This document shows, piece after piece, positions 19,001 to 20,000 of a stretch of DNA of 20,000 bases; within the stretch, counting starts at the first letter, position 1; every line of letters begins with the position of its first letter. This DNA comes from Spirogloea muscicola (taxonomy: Eukaryota): NCBI GenBank assembly GCA_009602725.1, contig WELB01000003.1, forward strand, positions 207,250-227,249, given 5' to 3'. Position numbers and translations under genes: made by a program. The notes beneath the pieces are model-generated. The model was given only the letters and a program-made list of their open reading frames with translations. It was not told where the DNA came from and ran no database searches.

Positions 19001-19795
19001 ATGCTCAGAGCTGCTATACTGAGATGCTCCAGCAGTGCCCAGGCAATAGCAGCTGATGTCCTCTTTGCCCCGCGCTGCTCAAGAGATCTGTGCACGAAAC
19101 ATCCCTGCACAACAGCGTAGATCAACAAGTCAACTTTACGCTCAGTGTCCAGCTTGTGTGTCACAGAGCAGGTCTTTTGAAAGGCTGCTAGCGCAATGGA
19201 GGGTGTATTAAGAGCACCTCTGACCTTCGGATCCAGTTGCTCATATATTTTGCAACGCACGTGCTTATCTGCAACCTCCCTTTGTTGTTGCCACCAAGGA
19301 TCATCGGCAGACCTACTTAGAAGTGCAATTTACCAGTCAGTGGTAACATTGTTGTCTTCAGCCTGATAACAGCTTCTTTGACGAGTTAAGTAACAGGTGG
19401 CAAGTTCTTCTATTAGCGAAGCTATAACTGCACTTGCACTTCTAGGGAAACTGGGACTGTTGCCGTATATGTCAGCCCAGAAACACTACTCAAATGCTGC
19501 ACACCTGGCCGTGCACATCATTTCTTGGGCTGGAAAGGTATCCAGTGTGCCTTTTCTTGCCTTACCGAAGCCCCAAAGTCAAGTGTAGGCCGTCGGCATC
19601 GATTTGGACGACGGCTGCTTGCAAGGGATGCACAACCACCCGCAGGAAGGCCAGGGTGCCCTCCACTACAATCAGTGGCGAAGTGGCCAGATTCTCGTTG
19701 ATCGCCGCCGGGAGGACGCGCGCATTGCGGAGCTGGACGCAGCCGGAAAGCAAGCTCACAAGAAGAGAAAGCGGCTGCTGATATGAAAGAATCGG
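648..19795 (-). CDS. VPS13: VPS13-family (VPS13X/At3g50380-like) bridge-like lipid transfer protein; multi-exon gene, probably 5'-partial; 41 coding exons, ~3,491 aa in window
   Basis: Minus-strand ORF fragments join through GT(GC)-AG introns with consistent phases into one frame ending at TGA 648-650. Motifs recalled from plant VPS13X: VAB/SHR-binding region (PYRIEN..., YVWDDLTLP, EVNLDK, GYEIYAEGPTRVLRISE), C-terminal YFEQLEVQPIK, AQHYSWYGMRAVYLARGS.LLPPAFASLFDD...DAFFDP, GFRRGIL, YLEGYLQA.LD, and terminal LAYLDGRVCRRIP.P..RR.VS.FLLSF. Exon model: 19566-19795, 19225-19312, 17502-19104, 17191-17291, 15997-16886, 15705-15819, 14394-15425, 13979-14273, 13520-13715, 13183-13295, 12804-13051, 12408-12561, 12011-12198, 11108-11850, 10734-10854, 10412-10522, 10040-10143, 9629-9786, 9375-9430, 8978-9224, 8380-8754, 7928-8235, 7721-7815, 7421-7555, 7005-7311, 6617-6833, 6202-6341, 5947-6043, 5337-5671, 4890-5024, 4376-4543, 3861-3992, 3516-3605, 3174-3280, 2855-3000, 2539-2621, 2216-2311, 1951-2076, 1572-1655, 1213-1359, 648-1007 (sum 10,476 nt, divisible by 3). 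Confidence 0.93.
1213..1359 (-). CDS. VPS13: VPS13 exon 40
   Basis: tttgcag|GTC; VVVKNLPPNS...FLVGEGLLTG...SLRRLHGEQ; CAG|gtgaac. Confidence 0.9.
1572..1655 (-). CDS. VPS13: VPS13 exon 39
   Basis: tatgcag|GTC; VYLEGYLQATLDALFKQEYLRVKFDNDQ; CAG|gtcttg. Confidence 0.9.
1951..2076 (-). CDS. VPS13: VPS13 exon 38
   Basis: tcaacag|CTA; LRGFRRGILNIALKP...IQLDRSVGTEE; GAG|gtatat. Confidence 0.9.
2216..2311 (-). CDS. VPS13: VPS13 exon 37
   Basis: ttgacag|GTA; VKEAGSNLAYAVVTEVSDSVLRGAEAAGVDGL (ATG2_C-like GA...G..G motif); CTG|gtatgg. Confidence 0.9.
2539..2621 (-). CDS. VPS13: VPS13 exon 36
   Basis: gttgcag|GA; AFNLLRQGIGRKGKYGTTRYLGDFENK; AAG|gtaatg. Confidence 0.87.
2855..3000 (-). CDS. VPS13: VPS13 exon 35
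   Basis: gcaacag|G; YGMRAVYLARGSELLPPAFASLFDD...DAFFDP; G|gttggt. Confidence 0.9.
3174..3280 (-). CDS. VPS13: VPS13 exon 34
   Basis: ctctgcag|GTG; VPAVKGRVIELNG...HALLT...KFAQHYS; TG|gtaagt. Confidence 0.9.
3516..3605 (-). CDS. VPS13: VPS13 exon 33
   Basis: aggcag|ATT; IVASFEPG...SAQETVRALLQSIIK; AAG|gtaatc. Confidence 0.88.
3861..3992 (-). CDS. VPS13: VPS13 exon 32
   Basis: ctgacag|ACT; TLELNIDGDTVMRL...LYFEQLEVQPIK; AAG|gttagt. Confidence 0.9.
4376..4543 (-). CDS. VPS13: VPS13 exon 31
   Basis: ctgacag|AGG; MDIDAKWTGAP...LRYAFFLVQ; CAG|gtaggt. Confidence 0.88.
4890..5024 (-). CDS. VPS13: VPS13 exon 30
   Basis: ctgtgcag|GAA; VPFLYARTENL...CQVKVQ; CAG|gtgcag. Confidence 0.82.
5337..5671 (-). 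CDS. VPS13: VPS13 exon 29
   Basis: ttgccag|GG; EVNLDKLRSWK...GYEIYAEGPTRVLRISE...LGLSIME; AAG|gtgtct (or TCT|gtaagc, ending at 5331). Confidence 0.88.
5947..6043 (-). CDS. VPS13: VPS13 exon 28 (ends at a GC donor)
   Basis: gccacag|CAT; WEVLDGHEAVGYVWDDLTLPRKLSISLP; G|gcaagt phase 1. Confidence 0.85.
6039..6070. repeat. 26-bp perfect palindrome (6039-6064) with an overlapping 10-bp tandem duplication (6051-6070)
   Basis: GCATGCTGTGGCA|TGCCACAGCATGC is its own reverse complement; ATGCCACAGC occurs twice in tandem. Confidence 0.9.
6202..6341 (-). CDS. VPS13: VPS13 exon 27
   Basis: gtaacag|AT; RFAVAEVIEEAPSL...PYRIENELPESISFHQK; AAG|gtagga. Confidence 0.9.
6617..6833 (-). CDS. VPS13: VPS13 exon 26
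   Basis: gatgcag|GCT; WDWSGPLHVASLGNFSFRIR (VAB WS motif); G|gtaatg. Confidence 0.85.
7005..7311 (-). CDS. VPS13: VPS13 exon 25
   Basis: actgcag|G; GKLDLNALASTTELTL...LVQLAPRHVIVNQCPESLLVCQ; CAG|gtatgg. Confidence 0.85.
7421..7555 (-). CDS. VPS13: VPS13 exon 24
   Basis: Acceptor uncertain (gtgacag|C); ...FQLKPGSSLSWLP; AG|gtaatg phase 2. Confidence 0.62.
7721..7815 (-). CDS. VPS13: VPS13 exon 23
   Basis: tttgcag|GTC; VTIKAKHTLRNSSQMSLLC (VAB motif); donor AG|gttcat is uncertain. Confidence 0.65.
7928..8235 (-). CDS. VPS13: VPS13 exon 22
   Basis: cctacag|AA phase 1; ...CAYADP...LSIQLKMDQAADGVSQ; CAG|gttgcc. Confidence 0.72.
8380..8754 (-). CDS. VPS13: VPS13 exon 21
   Basis: ttgtacag|GA; MLSIRP...WNWSE...FLPTLRVQNLL; G|gtgagg. 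Confidence 0.85.
8978..9224 (-). CDS. VPS13: VPS13 exon 20
   Basis: acccag|AAT; NGLTLSVSPLLTIRNLTGLPLELCF (VAB repeat motif); G|gtgagg. Confidence 0.85.
9375..9430 (-). CDS. VPS13: VPS13 exon 19 (56 nt)
   Basis: ctgtgcag|AC; NEGFSPGPYIVLDVCKPT; ACG|gtacac. Confidence 0.78.
9560..9591. repeat. Intronic 16-bp tandem duplication of a mini-hairpin
   Basis: GTAAGTGACACACTTA GTAAGTGACACACTTG; the first unit contains the inverted repeat TAAGTG-aca-CACTTA, the second has one terminal mismatch. Confidence 0.88.
9629..9786 (-). CDS. VPS13: VPS13 exon 18
   Basis: atacag|G phase 2; DYISLKLQANNGYSTEPL...RAVRTRLLFGQ; G|gtgagg phase 1. Confidence 0.76.
10040..10143 (-). CDS. VPS13: VPS13 exon 17 (VAB repeat start)
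   Basis: cttgcag|GTC; VKNNTAIQLCCSF; AG|gtctta phase 2. Confidence 0.78.
10412..10522 (-). CDS. VPS13: VPS13 exon 16
   Basis: ccaccag|GTT; VDALLSEPILDMGLFVAGALDLAQPYGIKYSPAYSCM; ATG|gtgcac. Confidence 0.8.
10734..10854 (-). CDS. VPS13: VPS13 exon 15
   Basis: gtgcag|G completes W-ESVIKPV (VPS13 WE..IEP motif); AAA|gtaaag. Confidence 0.8.
11108..11850 (-). CDS. VPS13: VPS13 exon 14
   Basis: cttcag|GTG; 248-aa ORF (WFVLESL...GEPLKV..GSGMVEV; LEYFDSRCSHW); TG|gtgagc. Confidence 0.86.
12011..12198 (-). CDS. VPS13: VPS13 exon 13 (start of putative beta-trefoil insert)
   Basis: ttgtgcag|GC; SVVAIYDCNACQYFAVED...HYSFGKRALFQ; CAG|gtgagg. Confidence 0.82.
12408..12561 (-). CDS. VPS13: VPS13 exon 12 (ends at a GC donor)
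   Basis: tcttcag|CTT; LLVNLLAPLL...ISPPD; G|gcaagt phase 1. Confidence 0.72.
12804..13051 (-). CDS. VPS13: VPS13 exon 11
   Basis: caccccag|GG phase 1; CILDRLQILVEL...GRCQLRGGEILVTTSEFE; GAG|gtgatt. Confidence 0.72.
13183..13295 (-). CDS. VPS13: VPS13 exon 10
   Basis: ttgtgcag|C phase 2; LKGLSAMSGPDERDGDDVKSSMPLHAADVKVDYATSD; G|gtatgc phase 1. Confidence 0.62.
13465..13488. repeat. Intronic 12-bp tandem duplication
   Basis: TTGCTAGATTGC occurs twice, exact. Confidence 0.8.
13520..13715 (-). CDS. VPS13: VPS13 exon 9
   Basis: ctttccag|AG phase 1 (other in-phase AGs nearby); GLLLQVDASL...ILLERLSV; AG|gtggga phase 2. Confidence 0.65.
13979..14273 (-). CDS. VPS13: VPS13 exon 8
   Basis: gctcag|AAT; NGLVVLDPLAMVELL...VSIDIQSCALVLA; C|gtaagt phase 1. 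Confidence 0.78.
14394..15425 (-). CDS. VPS13: VPS13 exon 7
   Basis: ctctgcag|ATC; within the 352-aa ORF; CAG|gtaatg. Confidence 0.82.
15705..15819 (-). CDS. VPS13: VPS13 exon 6
   Basis: gctgcag|G phase 2; EISPMLLNVSNHVSAAIKAEVPTVQLHVTPEEAAVVTR; AGG|gtcaga. Confidence 0.72.
15997..16886 (-). CDS. VPS13: VPS13 exon 5
   Basis: gcgcag|GCA; within the 318-aa ORF (QPFLVCSL, LLVDIDCPRFVL); AG|gtaccg phase 2. Confidence 0.78.
17191..17291 (-). CDS. VPS13: VPS13 exon 4
   Basis: cttggcag|GG phase 1; LSKDAGVITLTKKLTTFWQATRSMVSSAWFRTQ; CAG|gtctgt. Needed to bridge phase 1 to phase 0. Confidence 0.6.
17502..19104 (-). CDS. VPS13: VPS13 exon 3 (largest, 1603 nt)
   Basis: gtgcag|GGA; part of the 600-aa ORF, includes ELWRWCLSRV...LRRRYTKTY helical motif typical of VPS13 N-terminal region; G|gtgcag phase 1. 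Confidence 0.82.
19225..19312 (-). CDS. VPS13: VPS13 exon 2
   Basis: aagtag|G phase 2; SADDPWWQQQREVADKHVRCKIYEQLDPK; AAG|gtcaga donor. Confidence 0.7.
19566..19795 (-). CDS. VPS13: VPS13 exon 1 in window (N-terminal chorein-like region)
   Basis: tttcacag|CCG acceptor; PILSYQQPLSLLVSLLSGCVQLRNARV...VQIDADGLHLTLGL fits the Chorein_N pattern; CG|gtaagg donor. An in-frame ATG at 19831 is an alternative start. Confidence 0.78.
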
Positions 19796-20000
19796 CTGTG
19801 AAATGCCAGCCAGATGCATACAGGTGTTCATGACGGAGCCAAAGGCTAGGCAGACAGGGCGCCCTCAATACCCCCGTGTCAGCAGTAAGAAGTCAGATGA
19901 GCTGAGGGGAGGAAGAGCAACCCCGCTGCGCAAGCCAGAGGCTGCTGCAAGGGCGCGACCAGCGCGGCGGTGCAAAGCAAGCGCTTGGGAGCGCTGCAGG

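Noticed and set aside
648..19795. Reading the fragmented ORFs as a pseudogene, an operon of small genes, or recoding/alternative genetic code
   Set aside because: Every break is explained by phase-compatible GT/GC-AG introns under the standard code.

Overview
Eukaryotic (green-plant lineage) genomic DNA, roughly 50% GC, with many short spliceosomal introns of 109-383 nt. Almost the whole window (648-19795, minus strand) is one gene encoding a VPS13-family bridge-like lipid transfer protein. By recalled motif similarity it is closest to the plant VPS13X / Arabidopsis At3g50380 type. I assembled 41 coding exons by hand with compatible splice phases, totalling 10,476 nt (3,491 aa plus stop). The first coding exon probably lies beyond position 20000. 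Two of the 40 introns need non-canonical GC-AG donors, and one 120-nt intron is an in-frame, stop-free insert hidden inside the 600-aa ORF. Positions 1-461 may hold the 3' end of a convergent plus-strand gene that I cannot identify. There are no RNA genes, CRISPR arrays or recognisable transposons, and I found no evidence of a new biological system. The points of interest are splicing oddities, small palindromic duplications and the atypical domain content of this VPS13. All homology statements come from memory, not from searches.
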